A stretch of DNA of 64,000 nucleotides from the human T2T-CHM13v2.0 reference genome, Homo sapiens. The notes below the pieces were generated by a model that did no database searches, had not been told where the DNA came from, and was given only the letters and a program-made list of their open reading frames with translations. This document shows positions 19,417 to 33,261 of this stretch, piece after piece; positions within the stretch are counted from its first letter, which is position 1, and every line of letters starts with the position of its first letter. The translations under genes and the position numbers were made by a program. Where the stretch lies: NCBI RefSeq assembly GCF_009914755.1, contig NC_060938.1; one strand, given 5' to 3'.

Positions 19417-19530
19417 GTGTGTGCATGTGTGTGTGTGTGTGTGTGTATATATTAGTGTGTGTATATATATAGTGTATATAGTGTGTATATATATATATAG
19501 TGTGTGTATATATAATGTATATATATATAT
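19417..19530. repeat. Compound (TG)n/(TA)n microsatellite inside L1PB1
   Basis: gtgtgtgtgtgtgtgtatatattagtgtgtgtatatatatag... seen directly. Confidence 0.9.
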
Positions 19531-19542
19531 CACATTTTCTTT

Positions 19543-20860
19543 TTTTTTTCTTTAAGTTCTGGGATACATGTGCTGAATGTGCAGGTATGATACATAGGTA
19601 TACATGTACCTTGGTGCTTTGCTGCATCTATCAACCCGTCATCTAGGTTTTAAGCCCTGTATGCATTAGGTATTTGTCCTAATGCTATCCTTCCCATCTC
19701 CCCCCACCCCCAACAGGCCCCATGTGTGATGTTCCCCTCCCTGTGTCCATGTGTTCTTATTGTTCAACTCCCACTTATGAGTGAGCGCATGCAGCGTATG
19801 GTTTTCTTTTCCTATGTTAGATTGCTGAGGAGTATGGTTTCTAGCTTCATCCATTTTCCCGCAAAGGAAATGAACTCATTCCTTTTTATGGCTGCTTTGT
19901 ACTCCATGGTGTATATGTGCCACATTTTCTTTATCCAATCTATCATTGATGGGTATTTGGGTTGGTTCCAAGTCTTTGCTGTTGTAAATAGTGCTGCAAT
20001 AAACATATATGTACATGTGTCTTTATAGTAGAATGATTTATAATCCTTTGGGTACGCACCCAGTAATGGGATTGCTGGGTCAGATGGTATTTCTGGTTCT
20101 AGGTCTTTGAGGAATCGCCACACTGTCTTCCACAATGGTTGAACTAATTTACACGCCCACAAACAGTATAAAAGAGTTCCTATTTCTCCACATCCTTGCC
20201 AGCATCTGTTTCCTGACTTTTTAATGATTGCCATTCTAACTGGCATGAAATGGTATCTCATTGTGGTTTTGATTTGCATTTCTCTAATGATCAGTGATGA
20301 TGAGCTTTTTTTCATATGTTTGTTGGCTATATAAATGTCATATTTTGAGAAGTGTCTGTTCATGTCATTTGCCCACTCTTTGATGGGGTTGTTTTTTTCT
20401 TGTAAATTTGTTTCAGTTCCTTGTATATGCTGGATATTAGTCCTTTGTCAGATAGATAGATTGCAAAAATTTTGTCCCATTCTGTAGGTTGCCTGTTCAC
20501 TCTGATGACAGTTTCTTTTGTTTAGCAGAAGGTCTTTAGTTTAATTAGATCCCATTTGTCAATTTTGGCTTTGGTTGCCATTGCTTTTGGTGTTTTAGTC
20601 ATGAAGTCTTTGCCCATGCCCATGTCCTGAATGGTATTGCCTAGGTTTTCTTCTAGGGCTTTTATGGTTTTAGGTTTTATGTTTAAGTCTTTAATCCATC
20701 TTGAGTTAATTTTTGTATAAAGTGTAAGGAAGGGGTCCAGTTTCTATTTTCTGCATATGGCTAGCCAGTTTTCCCAGCACCATTTATTAAATAGGGGATC
20801 CTTTCCCCATTGCTTGTTTTTGTCAGGTTTGTCAAAGATCAGATGGTTGTAGATGTGTGG
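19543..20860 (-). mobile_element. 5'-truncated L1PA8-like (~1.3 kb) nested in L1PB1
   Basis: ctaggttttaagccctgtatgcattagg is L1PA8-type; TSD tata(t/c)a(t/c)cacattttcttt at 19524-19542 and 20861-20879; ORF2 C-terminal ORF 19812-20363. Confidence 0.88.
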
Positions 20861-23800
20861 TATACACCACATTTTCTTTATCCACTCGTTGATTGATGGG
20901 CATTTGGGCTGGTTCCTTAGTTTTGCAATTGCGAATTGTGCTGCTATAAACATGTATGTGCACGTGTCTTTTTCATGTAACAACTTCTTTTCCTCTGCGT
21001 AGATACTCAATAGTGGGACTGCCGAATCAAATGGTAAATATACTTTTAGTTTTTTAAGGAACCTCCATACTGTTTTCCATGATGGTTATCCTAGTTTACA
21101 TTCCCACCAGCAGTGTAAAAGTGTTCCCTTTTCACTGCATCCATGCCAGCATCTATTATTTTTTGATTTTTAAATTATGGCCATTCTTGCAGGAGTAAGT
21201 TGGTATTGCATTGTGGCTTCGATTTGCATTTCCCTGATAATTAATGATGTTCAGCATTTTTTCATATGCTTGTTGGCCATTTGTATATCTTCTTTTGAAA
21301 ATTATCTATTCATGTCCTTAAGCCCACTTTTTGATGGGATTGTTTGTTTTTTATTGCTGATTTGTTTGAGCTCCTTGTAAATACTGAATGTTGGTCCTTT
21401 GTTGCATTCATAGTTTGTGAAGATTTTTTCCCACTCTGTGGGTTGTCTGCTTATGCTGCTTATTTTATTGTCATTTTTTTTTTTTTTTTTTTTTTTTGCT
21501 GTGTGGAAGCTTTTTAGTTTAATTAAGTCTCATCTATTTATCTTTGTTTTTGTTGAATTTGCTTTTGGGTTCTTGGTCATGAAGTATTTGCCTAAGCCAA
21601 TGTCTAGAAGGGTTTTTCTGATGCTATCTTCTAAAATTTTTATGATTTCAGGTCTTAAATTTAAGTCTTTGATCCACCTTGAGTTGATTTTTGTATAATG
21701 TGAGAGATGAGCCAGTTTCATTTTTCTACATGTGGCTTACCAATTATCCCAGCACCTTTTGTTAAATAGGGTGTCTTTTCCCCACTTTATATTTTTGTTA
21801 GCTTTGTCGAAGATCAGTTGGCTATAATTATTTGGGTTTATTTCTGTGTTCTCTGTTTTGTTCCATTGGTCTACGTGCCTATTTTTATACCAGTACCATG
21901 CTGTTTTGGTGACTGTAGTCTTGAGGTATAGTTTGAAATTGAGTAATGTGATGTCTCCAGATTTGTTCTTTTTGCTTAGTCTTGCTTTTGCTATGTGGGC
22001 TCTTTTCTGGTTGCGAATGAATTTTAGAATTATTTTTTCTAGTTCTGTGAAGAATGGTGGTAGTATTTTGATGGGAATTACATTTAATTTGTAGATTGCT
22101 TTTCACAGTATGGTCATTTTCACAATATTAATTCTACCTATCCATGAGCATGAAATGTGTTTCCATTTGCTTGTCATCTATAATTTCTTTCAGCAGTGTT
22201 TTCTAGTTTTCCTTGTAGAGGTCTTTCTATTGGAAAGGAGTTGAGTTCTTTATCTGATGCTCAGCTTGGTCATTGTTGGTGTATAGAAGAGCTACTGATT
22301 TGTGTACATTGAATTTGTATCCTGAAACTTTACTGAATTCATTGGTTAGATCTAGGAGCTTTTTAGATGAGACTTTAGGGTTTTCTAGGTATACAATCAT
22401 ATTATCAGCAAACATTGACAGTTTGACTTCCTCACTACTGATCTGGATGTCCTTCATTTCTTTCTCTTGTCTGATTGCTCTGGATAGGACTTCTAGAACT
22501 ACATTGACTAGAAGAAGTGAGAGTGGGCATCCTTGTGTTATTCTAGTTCTCAGGGGGAATGCTTTCAACTTTTCCTTATTCAGTGTAATGTTGGTTGTGG
22601 GTTTGTCATAGATGGCTTTTACTGCCTTAAGATATGTCCCTTCTATGCTGATTTTGCTGAGGGTTTTAATCATAAAGAGGTGCTGGATTTTGTTAACTGC
22701 TTCTATTCAGATGATCATGTGATTTTTGTTTTTGATTCTGTTTATGTGCTGTATCACATTTATTGACTTGCCACATGTTAAATCATCCCTACATCCCTGA
22801 TATAAAACCTACTTGATTATGGTGGATTTTTTTTTTGATATGCTGTTGGATTCAGTTAGCTAGTATTTTGTTGAGGGTTTTTGCATCTGTGTTCATTGGT
22901 CTATAGGTTTCTTTTTTTGTTGTGTCCTTTTCTGGCTTGGGTATTAGGGTGATACTGGCTTCATAGAATGACTTAGGGAGGATTTTTCTATATCTGTTGG
23001 AATAGTTTCAATAGGATTGATACCAATTCTTTTTTGAATGTCTGATAGACTTCAGCTGTGAATTCATCTGGTCCTGGACTTTTTTTTGGGTGGCAACTTT
23101 TAAATTACCATTTCAATCTTGCTGCTTGTTATTCATCTGTTCAGAGTTTCTATATTTTCCTGGTTTAATCTAGTCGGGTTGTATGTTTCCAGGAATTTAT
23201 CCATCTCCTCTAGGTTTGCTAGTTTGTGTGTGTAAAGGTGTTCATAGTAGCCTTGAATGATCTTTTCTATTTCTGATTTATTGGTTGTGATATCTCCTGT
23301 TTTGTTTCTAATTGAGCTTATTTGGATCTTCTCTCTTCTTTTCTTGGTTAATCTTGATAATAGTCTATTAATTTTGTTTATCTTTTCTAATAACGAGCTT
23401 TTTGTTTCATTTGTCCTATGTATTTTTTTTGTTTTAATTTCATTTAGTTCTGCTCTGATCTTATTTCTTTTGCTGGGTTTGGGTTTTGTTTGTTCTTGAT
23501 TCTCTAGTCCCTTGAAGTGAGACCTTAAATTGTCTATTTGTGTTCTTTCAGACTTTTTGATGTAGGCATTTAATGCCATGAACTTTCTTCTTAGCATCAA
23601 TTTTGCTGTATCCCAGAGGTTTTGATAGGTTGTGTCACTATTATTCAGTTCAAAAAATTTTAAAATTTTCCTCTGGATTTCATTGTTGACCCAATGATCA
23701 CTCAGGAGTAGATTCTTTAACTTCCATGTATTTGCATGGTTTTGAGAATTCCTTTTGGAGTTGATTTCCAATTTTTTTCCACTGTGGTCTGAAAGAGTAC

Positions 23801-26800
23801 TTGATATGATTTCAATTTTTTAAAATTTGTTGAGGCCTGTTTTGTGGCCTATTGTATGGTCTATCTTGAAGAATGTTCCATGTGTTGATGACTAGAATGT
23901 ATAGTCTGCATTTGTTGGGTAGGATGTTCTATAAATATCTGTTAAGTCCATTTGTTCTAGGGTATAGTTTAAGTCCATTGTTTCTTTGTTGACTTTGTGT
24001 CTTGATGACCTGTCTAGTGCTGTCAGTGGAGTATTGGAGTCTCCCCCACTATTATTGTGTTGCCATCTATCTAATTTCTTACGTATAGTAGTAATTGTTT
24101 TATGTATTTGGGAGATCCAGTGTTAGGTGCATATATATTTAAGATTGTGATATTTTTCTGTTGGACTAGTCCTTTTATCATTATATAACGTCCACCTTTG
24201 TCTTTTTTTTTTTTTAACTGTTGTTGCTTTAAAGTCTGTTTTGTCTGATATAAGAATAGCTACTCCTGCTCATTTTTGGTGTCCATTTGCAGGGAATATC
24301 TTTTTCCACCTCTTTACCTTATTTGAGTCCTTTTGTGTTAGGTGAGTCTCTTGAAGACAGCAGATTCTTGATGGGTGAATTCTTATCCATTCTGCCATTC
24401 TGTGCCTTTTAAGTGGAACATTTAGGCCATATACATTCAATGTTCATATTGAGATGTGAGGTACTATTGTCTTCATCTTGCTAGTTGTTGCCTAAATACC
24501 TTGGTTTTTTTTTTCATTGTGTTATTGTTTTATAGGCCTTGTGGGATTTATGCTTTAAGGAGGTTCTATTTTGGTGTATTTTGAGGTTTTATTTCAAGAT
24601 TTAGAACTTCTTTGAGCAGTTCTTGTAGTGTTGGCTTGGCAGTGGTGAATTCTCTCAGCATTTATTTGTCTGAAAAAGGCTTTATCTTTGCTTCATTTAT
24701 GAAGCTTAGTTTCACTGGATACTGTTTTGTTTAGTGAGGCTAAGATAGGACCCCACTCCCTTCTAGCTTATAGGGTATCTACAGGGAAATCTGCTGTTAA
24801 CATGATAGGTTTTTCCTTTATAGGTTACCCAATGCTTTTATCTCACAACTCTAAAGATTCTTTTCTTCGTCTTGACTTTAGATAACCTGATTACTATGTG
24901 TCTTGGTGATGATCTTTTTGCTATGAATTTCCCAGGTGTTCTTTGTGTTTCTTGTATTTGGAAGTCTAGATCTCTAGCAAGGCCAGGGAAGTTTTCCTCA
25001 ATTATTACCTCAGATATGTTTTCCAAACCTTTAGTTTTATCTTCTTCCTTGGGAACAGCAATTATTCTTAGGTTTGCTCATTTAACATAACTCCAAACTT
25101 CTTGGAGGCTTCATTTTTTTTTTTTTAATTTTTTTTTTATCTTTGTTGGATTGGGTTAATTCAAAAGCCTTGTCTTAGAGGTCTGAAGTAACTTCTTCTA
25201 CTTGTTTGGTTCTATTGTTGAAACTTTCCAGTGTATTTTGTATTTCTCTAAGTTTGTTTTTTATTTCCAAAAGTTTTGATTATTTTTTATTGATGCTATC
25301 TGTTTCTCTGGAGATTTTTTGTCCATCTCCTGTATTATTTTTAAAATTTCCTTAAATTGTTTTTCACTTTTCTGTGGTGCCTCCATGAGTAGCTTAATAA
25401 TCCACCTTCTAAATTCTTTATATTTAATTTTTTATGTCCATAGGTTGACCTTCTGAATTATTTTTCTGGCAATTCAGAGATTTCTTCTTGGTTTGGACCC
25501 ATTGCTGGTGAGCTAGTATCATCTTTTTGGAGTGTTAAAGAACCTTGCTTTATCATTACCAGAATTGGTTCCTTCTCATTTGAGTAGACTCTGTCAGAGG
25601 AAAGATCTGGGATTCTACAGCTGCCGTTCAGATTCTTTTGTCCCATGGGGTGATCCCTTTATGTGGTGCTCTTCCCCTTTCCCTAAGGATGGGGCTTCCT
25701 AAGAGCCAGACTACAGTGATTGTTATTGCTCTTCTGGGTCTAGCCTCCCAGTGAAGTTACTGGGCTCCAGGCTGGTACTGAGGAGTGTCTGTAAAGAGTC
25801 CTGTGACAGGATTCATCTTCAGGTCTCTCAGCTGTGGATACTAGCACCTGCTCCAGTGGAGGTAGCAGGACAGTGAAATGAACTCTCTGAGGGTACTTGG
25901 TTGTAGTTTTGTTTGGTGCACTGTTTTTTTTTTTTTTTTTTTTAAATGCTGGTTGTGTTAGCAGTGAAGTTGTCATGTGGACAGATTCAGGACCTCTGGT
26001 TAGCCAGGATGTTACAGGCAGTGGAATTAGCTGTTTTGTCTTTTCTTGGAGAAGTGTTGTTCTGTTTTGAGTTGTGGTAGTGACTTGAGTTAGTTGGCCC
26101 TTGGCCAGGAGGTGGCGCTTTCAAGAGAACATGAGCTGTGGTAGCACAGGGGGATACAAGCTTGCCTTAAGGTCGCCTGGACAAGTATTTGGGTTTCTAA
26201 GATGATGGGTGGAGTCATAGAGCTCCCAAGAGATTATGTCTTTTGTCTTTGGCTACAAGGGCGGGTAGAGAAGTACCATCAGGTCAGAGCAGGGTTAAGT
26301 GTGTCTGAGCTCAGACTCTCCTTGGGCAGAGCTTAGTGTGGCCACTGTGAGGGATGAAGGTGTGGTTTTCAGGCCAATGGTGTTATATTCCCAGGGGAAT
26401 TATGGCTGCCTCTGCTCCATCATTCAGGTCATCAGGGAAGTTGGGGGAAACTGGCAGTGACAGGCTTCACCCAGTTCCCATGCAGCCAGCAAGACTAGTC
26501 TCACTGCATCACCAGCATCAAGTTTATATCCAGGCAGCCAGTGAGCAGGGCTGAGCTCTTGTCCCAGGCTACAAGCCTTGCCACTGAGAAAGCAAGCAGG
26601 CCTTTCAGGCCCCACCCTTCCCTGCCTGCTGCAGCTCCTGTGCTTGTATCTACTTCCCATTCTTTCCTGGGCAGAATCTCCCCCCACCCCAGAATTCTGC
26701 CCAGGGAAGACTGTGTTTGGTCGAAATTATTACAAAGTTCAGCTATTAGTTTCCTTCTCCTTGTGGTCCTTTCCCAGTTCCACTAGCAGCCCTCCCCAAG

Positions 26801-27244
26801 GACCTTTGTGAGACAAAATCAGAAATGGCTTTCCTGGGGACCGGGAGTGCCCACAGGGCTCTTCCTACTACTTCTTCTACCTTTATATTTTGCTTGGCTC
26901 TCTAAATTCATTTCAGCTCTAGGTAAGGTTTAGATCTTTCTCCTATTATATGGAATTTCCAGGTTCCCCAGTGAGGATGTGTGTTTGGAGGCAGACCTTC
27001 CCCCCTCACGCTGTGGGCCCTCAGTTTTTTGTCTGTCTCGTGGAGCTTGCAGGAGCAAGCCACTTTTTTCAAAGGGTCTGTGGATTCTTTTGGTTTTCTT
27101 GGTATGTTCCTGTGGTAGTTCTTGGAGCAGAAGTTCATGATATGAGCCTCCACACACTATTCCATCTGTCTGAGTGGGAGCTACAAGTTAGTAGCTGCCT
27201 CCTAGTAACCATTTTCCTTGGAAATCCTCAACTTTCTTGTATGT

Positions 27245-27650
27245 GCATTAGTCAGGGAATTGGGCAGCATGGCCCACATATTCAAAAGGGGTGACTAAAG
27301 ACAGTGTGATGAAGGGACTGTTCACACAGGGGTGGGCAGGGTTAACCACTCTAACAACAGCAGGAAGCCATTACTAATTCTAGGCCTGAAGGGTCAGAGG
27401 AAAGACCTCTCCTATAGGAGAGGTCCACCTGACAGGAGCTTTTCAGTCTTTGGTAGAGGAATACAGCCACCACCAACACATGACCCAGCAGAGACAGGGA
27501 GATAGGGGAACAAATACTTCAATCTCTCTCTCCTTCTATCCTTTGACTCTCTGTTGGTGCCTCCCATTAGCCAAACTCACCTGGAAGCCAAATGGCAAGG
27601 AAGCCCATCTTATGAGACCCATAAAGATCAGCCTCTCAGAGCTGACTGTT
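27245..27650 (-). mobile_element. ERVL-class LTR (LTR41-like)
   Basis: tgcattagtcaggg...gtgcctcccattagccaaactcacctggaagccaaatggcaaggaagccc. Confidence 0.55.
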
Positions 27651-28990
27651 GGCTCATTGGCATGAGGAACCCAAATTGACTAAGGGGAAATCTCAGCTTC
27701 TGATTTAATGGAACATTGACTGGGTTTACTGGTGAAACTATTTTGCCCTGGGGCGGGATGTCTTACAGAACCATTAAGTCTAAAGTTGCAGCATTAACAT
27801 AGGCAGCAAAAATACCTTATGTGGGTTATTAAATTTAATAGTGAGAGTAACCACTCTCACTTCCACCTCTTGCTTCCCAGATAAGGAGCATTCTTGCTAT
27901 GAGGAGATGGCACTATTTATTTGCCTGTAGGTTAGTACATTTAGGAAGGCACCGTACCTGCAGTATTAGCCTTTAAGCTTGGCTCCCAGAAGTCTCAGCC
28001 CTGGGCTATAGGAGATATGGTGTCTTTCAGAGCAGTTATAGAAGTTTACTGACAACCTATGCAGATCTTTAGCTGGAAATGTAAAGCCCTAAGCTCATCA
28101 TTTTCTTTTTTTCTCTAAGTTCTCTAGCTATCTTAGAAGCAACCAACCAACTCTATAGTCCTTAGACTAGATTCCCACTAAAATGTTTAATAGCAGCAAC
28201 TACTTGGCCACCCTAAGTCTTCCTTTCTATAGCGACTTGACTTCAGGTGACTAGAGACAGAAATTTAGGTAACTATTTTGTCACTCCATTCCATGGATTA
28301 TATGTGTACTTTTTACCAATGGAAACATGACCACTGATACTTTTCAATCTTAAAAGATTGGAGAACCAGTTCCAGATTCCTGTCTTCATCATTCTGTTCC
28401 CCTGGAACCATTTCTGGTATCAATACCTTTCAATCAAGATTTAGGAAGGAGAACAGAGTACCTTGAAAATGATGGGACAAGTGATTTATTATAGGAATTA
28501 GACCTTACATAATTATGGGGGAGATACAGAAATGCAGGTCTGGAAGGATCAGAGAAGGATCACCAACCAGGCAACATTGAGAAGTCAAATACTTCCAGCT
28601 GCCAAAGGAGGCCATGAGCAGAAGAGTGCACAGAGAGGTCTGTGGGAGGCAGTTGCCTCTGTCTAGCTATCCCCTCTGCAGGTCTGTCGCCAAGCATTTG
28701 GTAGTAGTGGGTCTGGGGTCACTTTTGGTCAGGAGAGCCATCAGGCAGGAAGAATAATTGGATGTGTAAAGCAAGGACAGGAGGGAACCTGCTGGGCACC
28801 TCTGTGTCTGTACACACACCTGACCAAAAAATACTTAGGAGAATAATGACTGCAGTTTTACTTCTGCCTTCTGAATTTCACATACATTTTTATTTTTTCC
28901 AACTCTTAACTGAAGCCAGATAAGGAACAGCATTTTTAGAAATGTAATTCCCAAAGAGATCAAGTTGACATAGCCAGTGATCGTCAGACT
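27650..28990 (-). mobile_element. Decayed ERVL provirus remnant: internal fragments, PBS-like site and 5' LTR
   Basis: ttggcatgaggaacccaaattgac...ccactctcacttccacctcttgcttcccaga resembles the ERVL post-integrase/dUTPase region; 28409-28423 reads ttgataccagaaatg on minus (tRNA-Leu-type PBS-like) next to LTR-like 28424-28990. Confidence 0.5.
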
Positions 28991-29608
28991 TTTGGTTTTC
29001 CAGATCAGTAATGTATTTTTAAAATTGGTGGTAGGAGAAGGGTGGAGAATCATGAAAACTTCTATTATTTTATAAAAGACAGAATGTTGTTAGTGCTAAA
29101 ACTAATGGAGGCCATGTCAAAATATAAAATAATCTTTTAAATGGGAAAATATATATAGATTTGTGAAACATTCACTACTATTCTCTTTATTTTTATTATT
29201 TTACACCAAAACTTCATTTCAGACCAGTCTAAGGGAATTGCTTAGGCAACATCAGGGATTTTTCTTGCCCAGTCCCAAACCAATAACAGGTTCAGTAATA
29301 TTTCTGCCTTTCAAGAAGATGATTTCTTCAGCCCATGGCTTTCCCAGTTGGGGTAAACTATCTGAACTAATCTGTGTGATTTTAATATTTCCATCTTTAG
29401 GGCAGTGGTGAAACTTCTCGTTGAACTAGAGAAGGGCACTGGCAAACAGAGATGATGGACAAACTCCACACCAAACTACTCCAGAGCATGTGATTATGTG
29501 GTTTTGTTGCCCAAAGCTACTCAAGGTTACAGGACTGGGGCATTTGAATGGGAACTTCTTTTTCCATGGTTTCCTGACACCATTGATCCCTCCTTGATTG
29601 ATCTAACT

Positions 29609-29832
29609 CAGGATTTCTAACTCTACCATAATTAACCTCTTGGGCTGGATAATACTACATTGTGGGGGATTGTCTTGGGCATTCTGAGATATTTAGCAAC
29701 ATTCCTGGTCTCTACCTACTAGATGTCAGGAGTGCCTTCCCCACAATTGTGACAACCAAATCATAGATCCAGGCATTGCCAAATGTTCACTAGAGAGTAA
29801 AACCACATCCCTTCCCACATTGAGAACCAGTG
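29609..29832 (-). mobile_element. MER20 hAT-Charlie DNA transposon (MITE)
   Basis: Termini caggatttctaa...ttgagaaccagtg; perfect 8-bp TSD atctaact at 29601-29608 and 29833-29840. Confidence 0.9.
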
Positions 29833-29978
29833 ATCTAACTTTAAGCTGAATGCAAATATAAAAATACAAAGGATACAGAAATGTCCTAGATAAAGTCAGG
29901 AGAAATCCCTTTGGGCTGCTATGCTTAGAGAAAGCAAGCATTGAATGACAGGGAAAGAGCAAACACATGCTTAACTGG

Positions 29979-30447
29979 TGTAGCAGGCACCTAGATGCCC
30001 TCCATTGCAGCCCCTGGCTACATCTGATTTTGATGGCAACTGCAGTGAACGGTTTTCTGTGAATGCCAAGTCACCTTGCACTGATTCCATTACCAGGGGA
30101 GCCTGCTGAGCCAGCGCACAAGCATAGCCTATAAGTACTATGTCCTACATGTGTGTGTGTGATGGGGGAAGGATGTTAACACCCTTGGGGGCAGGCAACT
30201 AATAGGGATAGAACTCAGGGGGTAAACTCTGTTTCCCCTTTTTCGGGGCAGACCATTCTGGGAGGCATTCAGAATGATTCCTGAAGGGCCTTATGGAATT
30301 GAGACCTCATTGTTCACAGTGGGGACCTCAGTGTTGCACCCTAATATCAGCTTTCCCTCTTTGCCACTTCATTCTCCTCATCCCTCATCACCAAACCACC
30401 GAAGTGTTTAACCCAAGCTGTGTTTCAGGGATACCTAAACTAAGACA
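29979..30447 (+). mobile_element. LTR16-family ERVL solo LTR
   Basis: tgtagcagg start; gggatacctaaactaagaca end; internal cattctgggaggcattc. Confidence 0.7.
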
Positions 30448-30639
30448 TCAGCCTTTCCAATTTTTACAACAAGTTCTATCTACCATCTACAAATACATTG
30501 CGTGCAACATCTAGCCATTTAGAAGAAATGGTATTTTGTTGCTTTTCAGTTTGTTTCCACAGCAAAATTAAAGACACTATCAATGAGATAAAAGGACATT
30601 GTTTTTCTTTTCCCTTTCAACCTGCTACATATTGTTGAA

Positions 30640-30800
30640 TCTGTTCATTCATTAACAAATATTTCTTAGGCACTTACTGGTCTCGGAGCTGGAGGATATA
30701 CATTACTAAATACACGGCCAAAAATCCATGCCTTATGGAGCTTTTAATTTTAATAAGGAAAGACTATACACTAAGTAATTCAGTTGTTATAGTAAGTTAG
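30640..30800 (-). mobile_element. L2 3' end
   Basis: ttcattcattaacaaatatttcttaggcacttac...catgccttatggagctt. Confidence 0.6.
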
Positions 30801-32099
30801 AAGATGAAGGCAAGTGGCTATTGGAAGTGGGACGGATAGTCCTGGAACCTAAATCCCCAAATCGGATGTTTCCGCACCTGGCTTTGTTTGCTTGCCACAG
30901 CCTTGCCTGATCTCCTGGACATGCCTTGTCTTTTGCTGTCCCCCAACATAACTCCACATTTCTAGCAAATAAGTCCTTTCTCTCTATTTTTCGAACAAGC
31001 CTTTCTTTCCTGAAAATTGAGCATCCCCACTCCTGCAGCAGTTAGTGTTTCCTAGCTTCAGTCACTCCCAGTGCCTCCCTGAAGCCATCCTCTTTGACTG
31101 TGGGTTGCGATGTGTTCTTGGCCTAAGCTTTCAGTCTCTTGTATTCCTGGGACATCTCCTCCTCCTGCTACTAGACCCCATCTGCCTCTCCCACATGCAC
31201 ACAGCATTGGTGGTACAGCCATTGTTTCTGATCCTGACTTGCAAGTTTACATTTTCCATGGGGTGAATCTCAGGATGAGTGAAGTGAAGCAATAATATCT
31301 CACTCAACAAAAGATGTGTTCGGTTGCTGGGGCACAAAGAATGTGCACAGTTGGGAGGTAGAAATGGAATGGCTGCAGAAGTAGACTGAAGTGAGGCCAG
31401 GAGGATGATTTGCACGGGGATGTCACATATTTTCCCTTGGAGAAATTAGTGCATCTCATCCCACAAGATTTGGATATTAATTCTGACTTGGAAACAAAGG
31501 ATGATTGTCAGGGTACAGATAAAACACCCTTTTCTCCTTGCCTGGAGAAACTGATGTTTTCTGGTTCCTGGGACAAGGACTAGCTCCGTCATGGTTTTGA
31601 AATACAGGTCTTAGGAATCACACTTCTCATGTCCCAGGGCCTATGATGGTGATAGATAGGTGCTCTATGTGTGTCTGCAAAGTCCTAGAAGCAGTGCATG
31701 GCCCACATCTTTGGAACCCACTGTAAAGCCTGGAATTATGCATTAGATCTTGTCTAACCTTGATACCCAGGGCAATTAGGGGCTAACACTGCCTCAGGAG
31801 TGCACCAGTGTGGAGTGGAGTGTGGCACTGAGTCGGTGTGGAACTGCCTCAGGCCTCATGGACTGCCTAACTCTCCCAGCTGCCAGTTCATCCTCAGCAA
31901 TTCTAATATTTGCTATGGGAGCCCAGGGAAAGGCTCCAGGGCAAGGCATCCAGGCTCATGCTTTCTTTCGAGTAATTTCTAGCCTGATTGTCACAATAGA
32001 GGCAAATCTCAAATCCAAGTCAGCTCAGAAAATTCTCCTGGGAGTCCCAAGGAAGCAGTGAAAGTCATAAACACAGGTAACATTTCTATTAATAGTTCC

Positions 32100-32450
32100 T
32101 TTTAATATCTGTGGGGTGCTTTTAGCGGTTTGTAAAGCACTTGCATAATTCAGCCCTAGGAAGGTCTGCCAGATGAGAAATAAGCTCACAGAGGTCATAA
32201 AAGAAATACATGTAGGATTCAAGACTTAGATTCAGTTGTTTTGACACCAAAGCCTGTGCTTTCTATACCTTATTACATTTTGCCTAAATATTTGTCAGCC
32301 ATTTCTTCTGGGACTACTATTTTTCACTAAATTAAAACTCATGAGCCTTGAATTCAAGTCCCAGTTTGGCCACTAGATGGCTGTGTGACCCTGAGCCATC
32401 TCCTTAACTTCTCTGGCCTTGGATTCTGTTAAACAAAGGGCTCACAGTTG
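32100..32450. mobile_element. Two MIR fragments (minus, then plus)
   Basis: cagatgagaaataagctcacagaggtca (-); ttcaagtcccagtttggccactagatggctgtgtgaccctgagc (+). Confidence 0.55.
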
Positions 32451-32600
32451 ATGCTACATTGATACTGTTTTACAGCGCTCAAAGTCTCAGGTGAATACCA
32501 TCCTAAAAGGATGGTGGGACTACCTATTAGGTGCCACTGAAGACAGCCTTTCCAAAAAGTGAGCTCCAATTCTGAGTGCTCCATTAGGGCTTCACTTTTT

Positions 32601-33261
32601 AAAAAATTTTTTTGGTATTTTTAACATTTAAGTTCAGGGATACATGTACAGGTTTGTTACATAGGTAAACTTGTGTCATGGGCAGTTTGTTGTACACATT
32701 ATTTCATCATCCAAGCATTAAGCCCAGTAACCATTAGTTATTTTTCCTGATCCCCTGCCTCCTCCTATGCTCCACCCTCTGATGTCCCCACTGTGAGTCG
32801 TTCCCCTCTATATGTCCATTTGTTCTCATCACTTAGCTCCCACTTATAAGTGAGAATATGAAGTATTTGGTTTTCTGTTCCTGTGTTAGTTTGCTATGGA
32901 TAATGGACTGTAGCTCCCTCCATGTCCCTGCAAAAAACATGATATCATTCTTTTTGATGGCTGCGTGGTATTCCATGGTGTATATGTACCACATTTTCTT
33001 TATCCAGTCTATCATTGGTGGGCATTTAGATTGATTCCATGTCTTTGCTATTGTGAAGTACTGCAATGAACATACATATGCATATGTCTTTATAACAGAA
33101 CAATTTATATTCTTTGGGGTTTAGAGTAATGAGATTTCTGGGTCAAATCGTAACTTTGTCTTTAGGTCTTTGAGGAATTGCCACAGTGTCTTCCACAATG
33201 GATGAACTAATCTACATTCCCACCAACAGTGTATAAGCATTCCTTTTTCTCCACAGTGTTG
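32601..33261 (-). mobile_element. 5'-truncated L1PA13-like (~660 bp)
   Basis: gtaaacttgtgtcatggg...ccattagttatttttcctgatc diagnostic 3'UTR; degenerate TSD tagggcttcacttttt (32585) / tagagtttgacttttt (33262). Confidence 0.8.

Larger units (their letters stand above)
18964..27226 (-). mobile_element. Full-length L1PB1-like LINE-1 carrying a nested L1PA8
   Basis: 3'UTR ggggaacagatggtgtttggttacatggataag is L1PB1-type; ORF2 fragments (22227-23771); ORF1 fragments (24838-25646); long 5'UTR to ~27220; probable TSD ctcaacttt at 18958-18966 and 27227-27235. Confidence 0.88.
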
